From contig JYFJ02003605.1 in the NCBI GenBank assembly GCA_000934665.2, positions 1-39,800 on the forward strand: a DNA stretch of 39,800 nt. The letters run 5' to 3'. Positions within the stretch are counted from its first letter, which is position 1. Every line of letters starts with the position of its first letter. The position numbers and the translations under genes are program-made. Below the pieces are notes generated by a model. It searched no databases and was not told the origin of the DNA. It was given only the letters and a program-made list of their open reading frames with translations. The DNA comes from Catajapyx aquilonaris. Lineage: Eukaryota. Positions 11,041 to 22,627 of the stretch are shown here, in pieces.

Positions 11041-14000
11041 GTGAGCTTAGTCAAGTTTGTCATTAGTCTGGCATGATGGCTGAAGCTGATAATATTGCAA
11101 GAACCATGGATTTGATTCATGTGTGTGTCATTGTCAGTTGCTGATGGCATTGAATTATGTAGCTTAGATAGTAGTTAGATGCATGGCCAAAGCTGTTATT
11201 ATATGTTACAAAGTCTCACAAATACACCAAAGATGAATGGTATGTAATATGAGCACTTTTTTCTCTCCCGCCTTTTTGCCTCAAGGCAGAGAAGAATGAC
11301 ATAATTATGCTTATGTGAGTACAGGCCAGTTGACTTTTTTGTTTGTAAATTCCTCCCTCACATGTTGCATAAGGCAATGAGGCCTATGATTTTACAAGTT
11401 ACCTCAAAATTATATTTCACTTCTAATCCATCCGAATAATATTTCTTCATTAATAATTAATGATGCATTTTAAAAACCTCAGGATAAAATTCTTATTTCC
11501 ATGTGTACACAGCTCCATATCTGCAGTTAATTTTCTGCACACCCAGAACCTCTGTAGCTCAGTGGAAGAGCCATCACGTAACTGAGAAGGGTGAAGACCC
11601 AGGTTCGATTCCTGGCAGGGGTACATGTGCAAGCAGAAATACTTAACTGCGACTAAGCATATGGAGCAACACTACCAGAAAGCTTGTAAACTTTGTGGCA
11701 CATCACATTTTCCAAGCAGAGTTGCAGGCAAAGTGCCAGATTAGACTGAAGCAACATGCTATTTCTTTTCTCATAGCACCCTGTCATCAAGTCATTTTTA
11801 GTGGGATCAGTGTCTGGAACATGTTCCAGCATCCTTTTCCAACCTTTGGATCTAGTGAAAACAAGACTGCAAACACCATATGCATTGGGAAGCTTAGGGT
11901 AGGTGTGAAATGAGTTTATAATATTTTAACCCTTTGACGGCGTTTTTTTTTGCCAGTTTTTACCTTGATGAAAATTTGTAGGCGTGATATTAATGAAAAA
12001 CAATATGCTCCAATATTTATCATTTTAACTCGTGGTGGTCCTTTTGAATGTAAAATGCCGAAAAAATTCATCTACAGAGTGTTCCAGAAGTTTTTAAAAG
12101 TGCAATTAACTTTAAATGTAATTAAATTATTAAAAATTTTGAAGTCACTAAAATTGTTACTATGGTTTACAAAATAATACTAAAACACTGCACTATGAGA
12201 CATTCCTAAGAGTCCAGACTTACGGGACACCCAGTTCTGATGCCGAGAGAGGAGGTATGTTTAGCTCACTCTGGGAGGTGGGAAAACTTACATATACCAT
12301 GGCATATACCATGGTAGTTGAGTCCCCTTCCACGAGGTAGTAGGAGCAGTTTGAGTCTCAAACAGCGACATTTCTGTCTAAACTCTGGCGCGCCCAGTTC
12401 AAAAATCAGCAGGCCATCATAATTATGATGTCCATAGGTCTCAAAGGGTTAAAAAGCAGGACCTTGTGTAAAATAGCAATGTAAAGTTTTATTTATTTTT
12501 AAATGTCATGCTAATTGTGAGCAATTTCTTGCAGTACCACGGGAACAGGAATGATGACCATGGTTGGGCACATTTTGAAACAAGAGCGAGTGTCTGGATT
12601 GTGGCGGGGCATGACACCTGTAAGTCATACACTTCCATAATTCTTTACTACTATTGGGGAAGGTTTGTGCCTCTAAAACTCTCTTTCCCATTTAGACGAT
12701 CACCAGGTGTGTTCCAGGTGTGGGACTATACTTTGCCTCACTGGAATGGCTGAAGACCATCTTCACAGACAAAAATGGCGGGCCTGGGCCATTGCAAGCT
12801 GTTGCTCTGGGGATGACTGCTCGTACCATGAGTGGAGTCTGCATGATCCCTATAACTGTCATCAAGACTAGATATGAGGTCAGTTATATGTGATTACTCT
12901 CAAAAGGCTTGTGTACCAACTAACACACACACAAAAGCCATATACACAAAACAAAGTGTAGGGTAGTTAGCACCTGTTTTGTTGTCCACACTTTGTGAGC
13001 AGAGCCAAAATAATTGTGTTTTTAAAAATATTCCCATTAGATCACATAGTTGCAAATAACTTTTAAAATGAAAAAAATAACAACAAAAAAACCGCATTTA
13101 TGGTTGCTATTTGGTTTATTTGTTACATTTGTCGTGCTAGTGGAAACTATTCTTGAGCCATTATGACTGCTCATGGGCCGATTTAATGCATGTGTCTTGA
13201 GGGTCACATTCATATATCTGACCTTCACCTTGAGATTGTGGTAGAGTAATATGATTGTGTGCCAGTGTGGGAATGAAAAAAAAGTGGGCTGATAGGAAAG
13301 GTCAACTGATAATATGGCTTCACCAGTCCACCTGAACCTGACTCAGCTTGGAATTAGATGGGACAGGGAAGTTGAAGTGTGAATTAGAAACTTGGGAGTG
13401 ACTTTATCTCTTTGGCTTATCATTGACACCCTAAAGTGTAAATAATCTGACCACAGATAATTGCAATACAGAATTTTGAATCACTTGAATATATGTGATA
13501 AGATTTTGCAGTCTTGATAAGAGTCTTGCAAAGGACTGCAACAACTAGTGCTTGAGAATCAATGGAACTAATGTCCGCTAAGAAGCATGCAGGTCATGGT
13601 CACTAACAAGTGTTTGGCATTTTGCTATCTTGCTTCATAACCTCAGTGATCAGTATTCTTGGAATGTTCTCATTTCAAGAAATTTTACCAAGGACAAATA
13701 TATGGTTAAGGTGACATTGTTTTTTAGTATATTTCCAAGAAATTTCTTGATTGTGATCTCGTCATGGTGTCAGGGTTTTCGAAAAGCAATGAGTTAATCA
13801 GTCCAATTGTGACTGTCACAAGTTGCGCATAATGTTGACGTCAAGGGGTTGATATGCTGATTAGCAAGATTTGCATATAAGGCATCATTCATGGACACGA
13901 CCATGGTGCATGATAGTGAAAATGGCAATTAATTGGTGTCGACTGCCTCTCCTTTAAAAAACTGATGCAAGATTGTGTGCAAGTGTGTTCACGTGAAAGG

Positions 14001-17000
14001 AACTTCAGAAAGGTCAACCATTAATGTTTTGAAATTAGGGTGACGCACAGATTTTTTAAAAGGATAATATTCTAACGTACCGCCTACATTATATCCATTT
14101 TACTTTTTATTTTACTGAGCAGAATTTATTTAGTACAGGTTGAGCTTATGCAAAATTTTTAAAAAATTAAAATTAAATTAAATATCCGAAAGATCTTTGA
14201 ATGCTGAAATGATGCTCCAGAAATGGGAAATTCCATGTAACTATAAAATGACTAGCATCATTACCTATGTTTGTATGTATACAAAGTTATTTAAAACTTA
14301 TGTTATAAACCTGCAGGTTTAATGTATAACCTCTGTTAAGACATGTATGTGGATATCGTGTCTAGGCCATCCAAAAGATGTCCCATTTTATAGAGGAAAT
14401 TATACATGTATTCCAAAATCCGAAACACTTCCGTTCCCAAAAATTTCTGATAAAGGATTCTCAACCTGCACCAGTTTGTTATGAGCAGTGTGTTATGGGG
14501 CTAATATTTTGCTTGTTTCTGTGCTGCTACTCCCACTCTTTCATTTTTTAATTTTTAATTTTATTTAATTTTTAAGACCAAGCATGGAAATATAGTCTAG
14601 TTTAATGCGTATAATAGTCATCATAGCCGGTCCTATTAGAACAAAATTATCACACTTTCACCTAGAGAGTGTCCACTATAATATTGTGCCAATACTACTA
14701 ATATGCCAGGACAGGAAGTAACTGTTTTATGCTGCTTCATTTCATGGCAATTCACATTAAGGGGGAGATCAAGAGAATTGGTACCTTCGACGAGTTCCAA
14801 CTCTGGCCGAAAGAGGAGACACTCGATGCCACCCTCCCTACATAACAGAAGGGTCGAGTTTGTGGTTGAGCATTCCCTCTAGGCACAAAGGCAAATTAGG
14901 GTTCTCCCTGGTTCTCAAAAGCCCCACGTTAGCGTACAAATCAGACATATTTTGACAAAATTATTATTTGCCCGAATCCTATAGCTAAACATAAAAATCG
15001 GCTTCCATGGTTCGGAGCACCTCTTTTTTCTGCATTTTTGGGTGCTTGTTACGACATCACTTAAAATTTCACAATGGTGTCAATTACTCCCGCATGCAAA
15101 TGACTTTTAAAAACACAGTAAAACTTCTATAAGTCGAATCTCCATGGAACCAGAAAAAAACTTCTAGTTATAGAAGATTCGAGTTAGAGAAGTTTGGAAT
15201 TTTTAAGGCACATAACTCTATAAGGAAGCCTACCTTTATATCCAGAGACGAAAGGTGTTCAAAACTTCAAAATAACTGTCACTATCACACTTGCAATGTT
15301 CCTCGTTGTTTTGGTGTAAAATAAATCTCAGTTATGGACATTCGCCTACTCTTAGATTCAAGGATTCAATTGTCACAATCGAGTCAAACACTTCTTTCAT
15401 TGCGTCTGGTAGACGGAGATGAGGAAATTGAGCCTTTCTGTCCATGTGGCCTACTCTCGACCCTTTGGCTGGGAAATGAGAGAATTTTCCGTACTCGCCA
15501 ACATGAACTTCGACTTAGGGAGACTGAAAATGCATTGATATCCCATCGAAAGGCCCTGCCAGCACTTCGAGTTATGGAGAACTTCGAGTTATAGAAATTC
15601 GAGTTAGGGAAGTTTATTTCCTATTATTTTACATTGCGACCAACCAAGCTCATAATTTTCTTCGACTTATAGAGAACTTCGACTTAGGGAAGTTCGTCTT
15701 GTAGAAGTTTTACTGTACTATATTAATAATATGGGAAAAGTACCACCAACATGTGTAAAAGAGAGGTCAGGTGCACTTACACAGAAAAATTTCCGTTATA
15801 CAGGGTGGTCCAACTTTTTTGTCCGATCAGTTATCGGAAAAGCTTATGTATCTTCTAGCTATGTAGCCAGAATATGCCCCAAAATTTCTGGCACATCCCT
15901 CAACATAAGCTTTTCCGATAACTGATCGGACAAAAAGTTGGACCACCCTGTATCGTTGTTAGTTAGCGAGGACTTTACTCCCAAATTCTCTTTATCACCC
16001 CCTTAACACAGTTTTAAAATTTCCGTTGAAAATGGTTTGAATTTTTTAAATGTGGAAAATTTGAAAATAACAAACCAATATAAACATAAGCACATTGCTG
16101 CAATACTTGTGAGTTGCAACACACTACAGTATAGGCACTTTTTATTTTTTGTGGTGCATTGTGGCAGGATGTACCTGCTGTCCAACAAGAATTGTCGCAG
16201 CGGCAGCGCACGAACTACAGTCTCTTTTTGTCCCTGTGCTCGTAGATTGTAGTTCGTGCGCTGCCGCTGCGACAATTCTTGTTGGAGTGATAGTACAGTG
16301 TTGGACATTAATTGAGGCATTCGAGGCACTGGTGGCTAGCGACATTTTCCGAAGTGCCAGAAGAAGGAATCGAAGATAAAGATGCTTCAAGCCGGGCGAG
16401 CAAGATGTTGCTAGCAGTATCCCTCGATTTATGTCCAACACTGTACAGATATATACAGTACTGGGGGGTGAAAGCACTACCCCAGTTATTTTAAAAAAAA
16501 AAAGATATATACAGTACTGTATTATTGGTCTCTGCTCTCCCCTTAGTTTTGAGCCATTTATACAATAAATTACGTGCACTGCCGTTCTTGCAAAGAAGGG
16601 AAAGGAACCCTCAGAACCCGACAACCCTCAACCTCCTGTTAAGCGTGTGATATAGATGTTACAAATTACTGAGCATTAAAAACAGAAATACTAGTATTGT
16701 CTGTTGGAAAATTGTGTATACAGGGTGTCTGAACTATTTTGTCCGAACAATTATCGGAAACATTGCACTAAGCTGCTTATTTTTTAGCAGTGACTTGCAA
16801 CCAGTGATGCTTCCCTGGCTTTATCAGTTGAGGGATATGCCAGGAATGTTGGGGCATATTCTGGCTACATAGCTAGAAGATACATAGGCTTTTCCGATAA
16901 CTGTTTGGGCAAAAAAGTTTAGACACCCTGTATTTTGGAACCAATCTTATTCGCAAGTTACTGTACACTATAATTTTGTCGCATATTTAAATAAATCCGG

Positions 17001-20000
17001 GTAGTGCTTGGACCCCTCTTGGGTATTGCAAGGACCTTTATTTATTAAATTTTGTTTCATTATCCAATTCACTTTACACTGCTGTGTTGTTGGAACCAAT
17101 TACCGGTATAAAACTGGTATTTCCTGTAAAATTATGTGTGATATGTTCTGTCTCCCACACCTTACAATCTTTGTGGGGTGGGAACGAGTTCACTTAGTTT
17201 ACAATGGTCCAACTATTTGTACAATTACGCATTAAAGAAGTTTCATGAGAGCATAGTATATTATAAGACACTCAATTCAGGATCAATTCAGTAGTATGAT
17301 GATGGAATCATGTAATAGTGAGCTGCTATATTGCATATCCTCGAGCAACCCAGGGTCCACCATCATTCATTGATAACATTTACGAAAAGTGGAATAATAC
17401 TTATATTCACAATTCCAAACCTTGTTAATGAATGTTAATGCTTTGCTAGTTGACATTATCCTCTACTTTCATATGTTTTTGAGAAATTAGGTGAGGGAGG
17501 AAAGGTCCGAGTTAAAGTTGTGATAACATGCATCTTTATGTAGGCCACCTACTCTTGAATACCATGCTCTTAGGGGGAGCAAACAGTCAATTTGGGAGCA
17601 GGATGAAAGCAACACATGCGCTGAGAAGCTTCATGTGCAAGTAGCCTGGTTTCTTGCATGCAAGGAAACCTGGAGACAAATTTCAAACTTTCAAAATTAG
17701 TGTAAACTTCCTCCTCGTAGCACCATAAAATCCAAAGCCTGGACAGGCCCCCACCTTGCCTTTGTTTCTGTGCCCTGTTATCCCACAGAGTCTATAGTGC
17801 ATACCACAACCATGGTGAAAAATCCTACAGGTTCCGTCATAACAACAGTTGCTCCTAAATTGCTGTGGCACACCTGCCATCGAGCGGGAAAACGTGATAA
17901 TTGGAATTCGCATACAGGTTGCTTCGATGCAAGTAGCCGCTTTGCACTCGGCCTTAAATAAAGTGATAGAAGGATGGTGGAAAATTCTTGGTGAGGTCAT
18001 ACCCCAGTTGCCAAAATGCTAGAGTAGGGCTGGAGGCTAGGATCAGTGGCAGTTACTCTCTTTGGCAGCAGGTATTGAGAGCATATTGTATGTGGGCCTA
18101 CAGTATTTCATATGAATTAATAGGCATACAAACTGAAAGGGTGGAAGCAAGCAGGGCTGACTGCAAGAATGGTCCAGTGCAGTGGCATAGGCAGGGGGGT
18201 TGGGGGTGGTTGTAACCNCCCCCCCCCCCCCCCCCCCCCTGGACCCAAAAAATATAGTTCCAATCCGCAATTTTAAGGTGTTAAAACGCACATGTGCAAA
18301 TATTGTAGCTTATGTGTGCTTGAACAGCAAAAAAAAATTCGCCTGCGGCAGGCCTCTTCGTTCTACCCTCATATAACCCCCCCCCCTTACAAATTTCCTG
18401 GCTACGCCGCTGGTCCAGTGTGATGGAAGTAGGTTGTTAACTCATTGCCTGGGAATTAACACTTTACTAACTGCTCTGAGTGTGTGTGACTTTTTTGTTT
18501 AGCAGGGTAAAGGAATTGCGTAACTACATTTTGTTCAAAGTGTACAATAAGTAGGGGAGTTCTCAATTAGTCATTTTTAACAAATGTAGTCACTGTATTA
18601 TGTATTGATTATAAGTTGCTAATTAATGTGAACTTTGGCTGTGTCGAATTATAGGGAAGTCGGATACTTGGCTGATTAGTAACTCATGATTCAAAATGCC
18701 TCTAGTACTTCTTCTCACCTCTGTAGGCTTGTCCTGAGGCAGACTCCTCCTCTTGATGGCCAAGAGACCCTTATCTTCAATATCATAACTCATTTTGTCC
18801 TGCCATCTGATGGGTGACTGTGACCATCAAGAATGAGTTTTTTTGTGGGGTATTTTGAAGGTAGTGGCCAGAAGGAAGCTGTAATTTGCTATATTTAACT
18901 TGGGAGGACCTTCTAGATTCTAGAACATGCCCATGGCCAACCACAGACCTCCATATACCATGCAAGTGAAAAATTAATGGAGACACTATGATTTCACATA
19001 GCCTACCTGATGAAATTGGGAGAGGCAAGGGGGAGTTAGTGAGAGAGAGATCCTGATGACTCAGGAATCAGTCAGAATGCTCAGACAAATGGGAAAACAC
19101 CAGGCAGCTTTGCATGAAATATGTACTATTGCATTAATTGATACAATTTATTGCAGAAGGGGATCTATGAAAATGTTGAGTTTTTAACAAAATTATTTGG
19201 GTGTCACATCTCAATTAGGAGAGTAAAGAACGTCCTACTCACAATCAATAAATGTTCAAAAATTTTGGAAATTGTTTGTGCCAATACTAATGCAGTCCAC
19301 TCCAATCAAAATAGACCAATGTCCAAGATTTTATAATTTTGAGGGGTTCCCAGAAGCTGTCTGCACCATATAGGGTAAAAACAACTTAGATAACTAAAAA
19401 GTGCAAAATATTGCTGCCATTTCTGCAACAAACCCGCTCCAACTGAGGATTGCTGAAACAATTCACAATGACTGTAATGACTTAAGTAAGTCATCAATAA
19501 TTTTTCCAATTGCAGAGTGGTGTCTACGAATATCGCGGCATATTAGCAGCTCTTCGCACCATATATCGCACTGAAGGATTCCGGGGACTTTGCTGTGGGC
19601 TAACACCAACTCTCATCCGAGATGCACCATTCTCTGGCATTTACCTCATGTTCTACACTGAAACAAAGAAGATGGTTCCATCCCGTAAGTATGCTAAAAA
19701 TGCAAGGTCATGTAAATGTCATTTCTACAACTACTACATATCTGCAGAGTGGCTGGATTCAAGCGCTTCAGCTACTGTGCACTTCACATGTGGCATATTT
19801 GCTGGATTAATGGCTTCTGCTGTGACACAGCCTGCTGATGTCATCAAAACCAAGATGCAACTCTATCCAAACAAATTTGATCGGGTTCCAGAGGTCGTGA
19901 TATATGTATACAAGGTAAGAATGAAGCAGGGTTTTTATGCTAGCTTATGAGGAATATCTGTTACCGATACATCATGGGTAATATGACTTTTTCTGCATTT

Positions 20001-20191
20001 AGAAATATGGTCCTCGAGGATACTTCAAAGGGCTGGTACCTAGAATGTTGAGACGCACTTTGATGGCAGCCATGGCATGGACTGTGTATGAGCAGGTAAT
20101 ACTTTGTTACGATACATATTGCATAGTCCACTGATTAAAGACTAACTGAATTCATAAATTGCAGGTGATGAAGAACATTGGAATCAAATGA
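10954..20191 (+). CDS. SLC25A38: Mitochondrial glycine transporter (solute carrier family 25 member 38), spliced gene
   Basis: join(10954 or 11023..11040, 11777..11898, 12535..12619, 12696..12878, 19516..19684, 19748..19914, 20003..20095, 20165..20191). All introns are GT-AG with matching phases; 287 aa from ATG 11023. Three carrier signatures ([30 protein letters not shown]) plus RDAPFSG and [19 protein letters not shown], typical of SLC25A38/Hem25. Confidence 0.95.
11548..11623 (+). ncRNA. tRNA-like cloverleaf with an aberrant anticodon arm, embedded in a longer hairpin (11512-11667)
   Basis: Acceptor stem ACCTCTG/CAGGGGT plus discriminator A; D arm GCTC-AGTGGAA-GAGC; T arm CCAGG-TTCGATT-CCTGG. 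The anticodon arm is only TCAC/GTGA with a 13-nt loop. No adjacent oligo-T terminator, SINE tail or TSD. Confidence 0.7.
11777..11898 (+). CDS. SLC25A38: SLC25A38 exon ([32 protein letters not shown]...)
   Basis: CTCATAG acceptor, GTAGGT donor (phase 2), first carrier signature motif. Confidence 0.95.
11930..12448. mobile_element. piggyBac-type MITE
   Basis: TTAA-CCCTTTGA ... TCAAAGGG-TTAA. Confidence 0.75.
12535..12619 (+). CDS. SLC25A38: SLC25A38 exon (...[14 protein letters not shown])
   Basis: TTGCAG acceptor and GTAAGT donor; phases match neighbouring exons. Confidence 0.95.
12696..12878 (+). CDS. SLC25A38: SLC25A38 exon ([13 protein letters not shown]...[10 protein letters not shown])
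   Basis: TTTAG acceptor, GTCAGT donor, 61 codons. Confidence 0.95.
14136..14468. mobile_element. pogo/Tigger-type MITE, degenerate
   Basis: TA-CAGGTTGAG ... TCTCAACCTG-CA with subterminal AAATCCGAAA motifs. Confidence 0.65.
15116..15715. mobile_element. pogo/Tigger-type MITE with TTCGASTTA subterminal repeats
   Basis: CAGTAAAACTTCTA ... TAGAAGTTTTACTG-TA, with many TTCGA(G/C)TTA units. Confidence 0.8.
15801..15950. mobile_element. Tc1/mariner-type MITE, near-perfect hairpin
   Basis: TA-flanked ~49-bp TIRs CAGGGTGGTCCAACTTTTTTGTCCGATCAGTTATCGGAAAAGCTTATGT with one indel. Confidence 0.9.
16181..16286. repeat. Perfect 39-bp inverted repeat with a 28-nt spacer
   Basis: TCCAACAAGAATTGTCGCAGCGGCAGCGCACGAACTACA (16181-16219) is the exact reverse complement of 16248-16286. 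Confidence 0.9.
16296..16443. mobile_element. Small Tc1-type MITE
   Basis: TA-CAGTGTTGGACAT ... ATGTCCAACACTG-TA. Confidence 0.8.
16721..16930. mobile_element. Tc1/mariner-type MITE related to 15801-15950, in opposite orientation
   Basis: TA-CAGGGTGTCT ... AGACACCCTG-TA; ~16843-16930 approximates the reverse complement of 15801-15900. Confidence 0.85.
18180..18412. mobile_element. hAT-type MITE
   Basis: CAGTGGCATAGGCAGG ... CCTGGCTACGCCGCTG with a perfect 8-bp TSD GTCCAGTG. A related end lies at ~35930-36019. Confidence 0.88.
19516..19684 (+). CDS. SLC25A38: SLC25A38 exon (SGVYEYRG...[13 protein letters not shown]...)
   Basis: TTGCAG acceptor, GTAAGT donor (phase 1). Confidence 0.95.
19748..19914 (+). 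CDS. SLC25A38: SLC25A38 exon (...[13 protein letters not shown]...)
   Basis: CTGCAG acceptor, GTAAGA donor, third carrier signature. Confidence 0.95.
20003..20095 (+). CDS. SLC25A38: SLC25A38 exon ([31 protein letters not shown])
   Basis: TTTAG acceptor, GTAATA donor. Confidence 0.95.
20165..20191 (+). CDS. SLC25A38: SLC25A38 last coding exon (VMKNIGIK*)
   Basis: TTGCAG acceptor in phase 0; TGA at 20189-20191. Confidence 0.9.
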   Translation: MMKNIGIK

Positions 20192-21616
20192 AGAGAGGAG
20201 AATCATCACTATTTTAAAAATACATGCTGCATCTTTTTAGTGCCTTTGCACACATACTTTTGTTATCATTTTATAACTGGTCAGTGTGGTCCTTGGAATA
20301 ATACATTCAGTATAGTAACACCAGTATGTTGATTGCTAGATACTGTCATTAATCCAATGAGAAAAGTGGAAATGCCACATTCCATAGTATACCAGGTTGT
20401 TGGGCACTGGTGATTTACCACATGATTTGCTGGAGAGCTCCTTCAGAAATCTGGTGTGCCTTGGAGCAGGGTTTTGAGTTGTGTAAGCAATCATACTCAG
20501 ATATTAACTATATTTGCTTGTCATTTAGAAGCATTTTCAGTCTTGTTGGTTGTTTGTCCAAATGTGCTTGACCGGACACAAACTCGGGAATTCAGGAGTA
20601 ACTTCTTGCCCATGCATCCAGCTGAGATGCAAACAGGGTATGCACTGGGAGGAACCTCCTCCCAGGTGTCTTCTTTCTTGCATGCAAGAAACTTGGTGGC
20701 TCCCAAGTTGCCTGTTTGCACCCAACCCTATAATTGTGAGTTTCACATAATCAAGCAATTTTTGCAAGCAGAGATTGTTTGTTAAAAGTCAGCACTTCTA
20801 TAGTGACATACCAATGTAGCCCTTGAGTAAGCTGGTGTGCTGCGTATCTGGAGCGAGAAGACTGAATATGGCATTACACAATTATTTTGAAATCTGCAAG
20901 TCATAAAATGTTATTGGATGAAAGGAAAGATCGAGCTTCCCATATTTGACAGTCGAAAACTTAGGGTGTGTTACAAGCTCATGAGAACCATTGTTTTCGA
21001 GAGAATTTGAGGCAATTTAGTGTAAATGGGAGGTCAATGGATGCATGGGGTCGAGAATTTTTATTGCTCACACTCACGCTCATGCTATGACAGTTTCTCT
21101 TGAGTTTGTGAACACGCCTTTAGTAGCCTACTTTAACATCCAACTTTTTTTCAGCAGCTTCATTTTAAATTCTGGTAGACTGGTTTGCCAATTTTGTACA
21201 AAGTGTATTGTCATTGAATGAAGTAGATGCCAAGATTTATATATAAAAATTTTTGCATAGGTTTTTGTCTAATTTGAAATTCCCTCTGTGTTGTTGTTAG
21301 GGCAGTTGATGGGGATGTGTCTCAGGGTGTTTCAGCACTCATGCAGTTTTTTGAGGCCTATTTTTGATGACTAGAAATACAGGGTGATGGAAAACGAATC
21401 GTGTATTTAAAAACCCTATAACTCAAAACCTTGTAGACATATCTAAATGATTTAAGTTTTGAAACGCTAAGAAAGGTCCAAAGTTTTGGTCTTACCATAG
21501 TTTGTTTCGATATGAGCTCCATTTGTCGCTTGAAAAATGCGAAAATACGGTAATCTGTGTCGTGCCTAACCGGTCAGACATGTCTGGTGTTACCTTTGCA
21601 ATCTTTTCCCATAGGG

Positions 21617-21925
21617 CAGGGCTATTCAACTGGCGGACCGCGACAATATACAGGACAGTTTGAAATAGCATGATAAATTACTAATTCATGATTTTTTGGG
21701 AAAAAGTGCTACCAATTTCATCAAATACACACCCATTCAAATCTCCCACATTCACCTAAGCTCGTGTGACCTTGAACCCCCCCCCCCCCACNCCCCCCAA
21801 ATCTAGCTGGCCTTGACGGCTTGTGCTTACGAAATGCCCCTCCCCCTCCTCCTCCTCCGAAATTCTTCTGCCTTCAATGGCCCAGGAAAGGTAAATTCTG
21901 GACCGTGTCATAGTTGAATGGGGTG
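21617..21925. mobile_element. hAT-type MITE inserted in the mariner relic
   Basis: CAGGGCTATTCAACT ... AGTTGAATGGGGTG flanked by CCATAGGG/CCATAGGT; the transposase remnant resumes across it. Confidence 0.7.
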
Positions 21926-22041
21926 CCATAGGTGCTGGAGATGCCTAATCTTTTCACCATACATGTGTCGCCACGAAAAAGTCAATCGGGGTAAGATCTG
22001 GGCCGGCCCCCGGACACTTATACTACGTTCTGGCGTTATCA

Positions 22042-22238
22042 CCTGCCGAGGCATTTTGCAGTGGGTGCTCACCTGAGACCGCCATGAGACATTTCGGAGC
22101 CAGGATCAGTGGCATGTAGCCCTCCCCTTCGTACCTATAAAGTTCAGCCTATAGTCCGGTAGGGTCGCCACTTATCCTGGCTCCGAAATGTCTCATGGCA
22201 GTCTCAGGTGAGCACCCGCTGCAAAATGCCTCGGCAGG
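22042..22238. repeat. 72-bp inverted repeat with a 53-nt spacer
   Basis: Arms 22042-22113 and 22167-22238 differ at 3 positions. Confidence 0.88.
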
Positions 22239-22627
22239 GGGTGGGTGGGAGTGGCCAGACCTTACTTATATGACTGTGATCTGGGCTTTTGGGAGGGTTA
22301 GGCATTGGGGAACTTCTCATTCAAGACTTCGCACACTGGGGCGCCGAACAAAGGAAACTTTCATACTTCAGGTTTGTTTCGTGGATGAGGCGACTTTTTA
22401 TGTGCATCATCAAGAACAATTTGTGTGGCACACAGACCAATCATCTCCAGCACCTACGGGATAGGATTGCAACCGTAACTCCAGATATGATTCAGCGGGT
22501 TTGGCACGAGACCGAATACCGCCTTTTGAAATCTGCAGAGCAACAAATAAAGCTCATATTGAAACAAACTAAAGTGAGACGAAAACTTGAGACCTTTCTT
22601 AGCATTTCAACACTTAAATCTAATATA

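Larger units (their letters stand above)
14761..16002. mobile_element. TTAA-flanked GG-terminated TIR element (Kolobok-like) carrying two nested MITEs
   Basis: TTAA-GGGGGAGATCAAGAGAATT ... AATTCTCTTTATCACCCCC-TTAA. Confidence 0.7.
21380..22620. mobile_element. Decayed DD41D-type Tc1/mariner relic made of two inverted 3' ends, with nested insertions
   Basis: Minus-strand remnants (PDLTPIDFF, KIAKVTPDM) at ~21510-22010 mirror plus-strand LQHLRDRIATVTPDMIQRVWHETEYRL at ~22445-22620. TA-CAGGGTG terminus at 21380. Confidence 0.7.

Noticed and set aside
11548..11623. Canonical functional tRNA gene (e.g. Leu-GAG)
   Set aside because: The anticodon arm has a 4-bp stem and 13-nt loop and there is no nearby oligo-T terminator; kept only as tRNA-like.
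15116..15715. CRISPR-like array of TTCGAGTTA repeats
   Set aside because: Short, irregularly spaced subterminal repeats of a pogo MITE in eukaryotic DNA.
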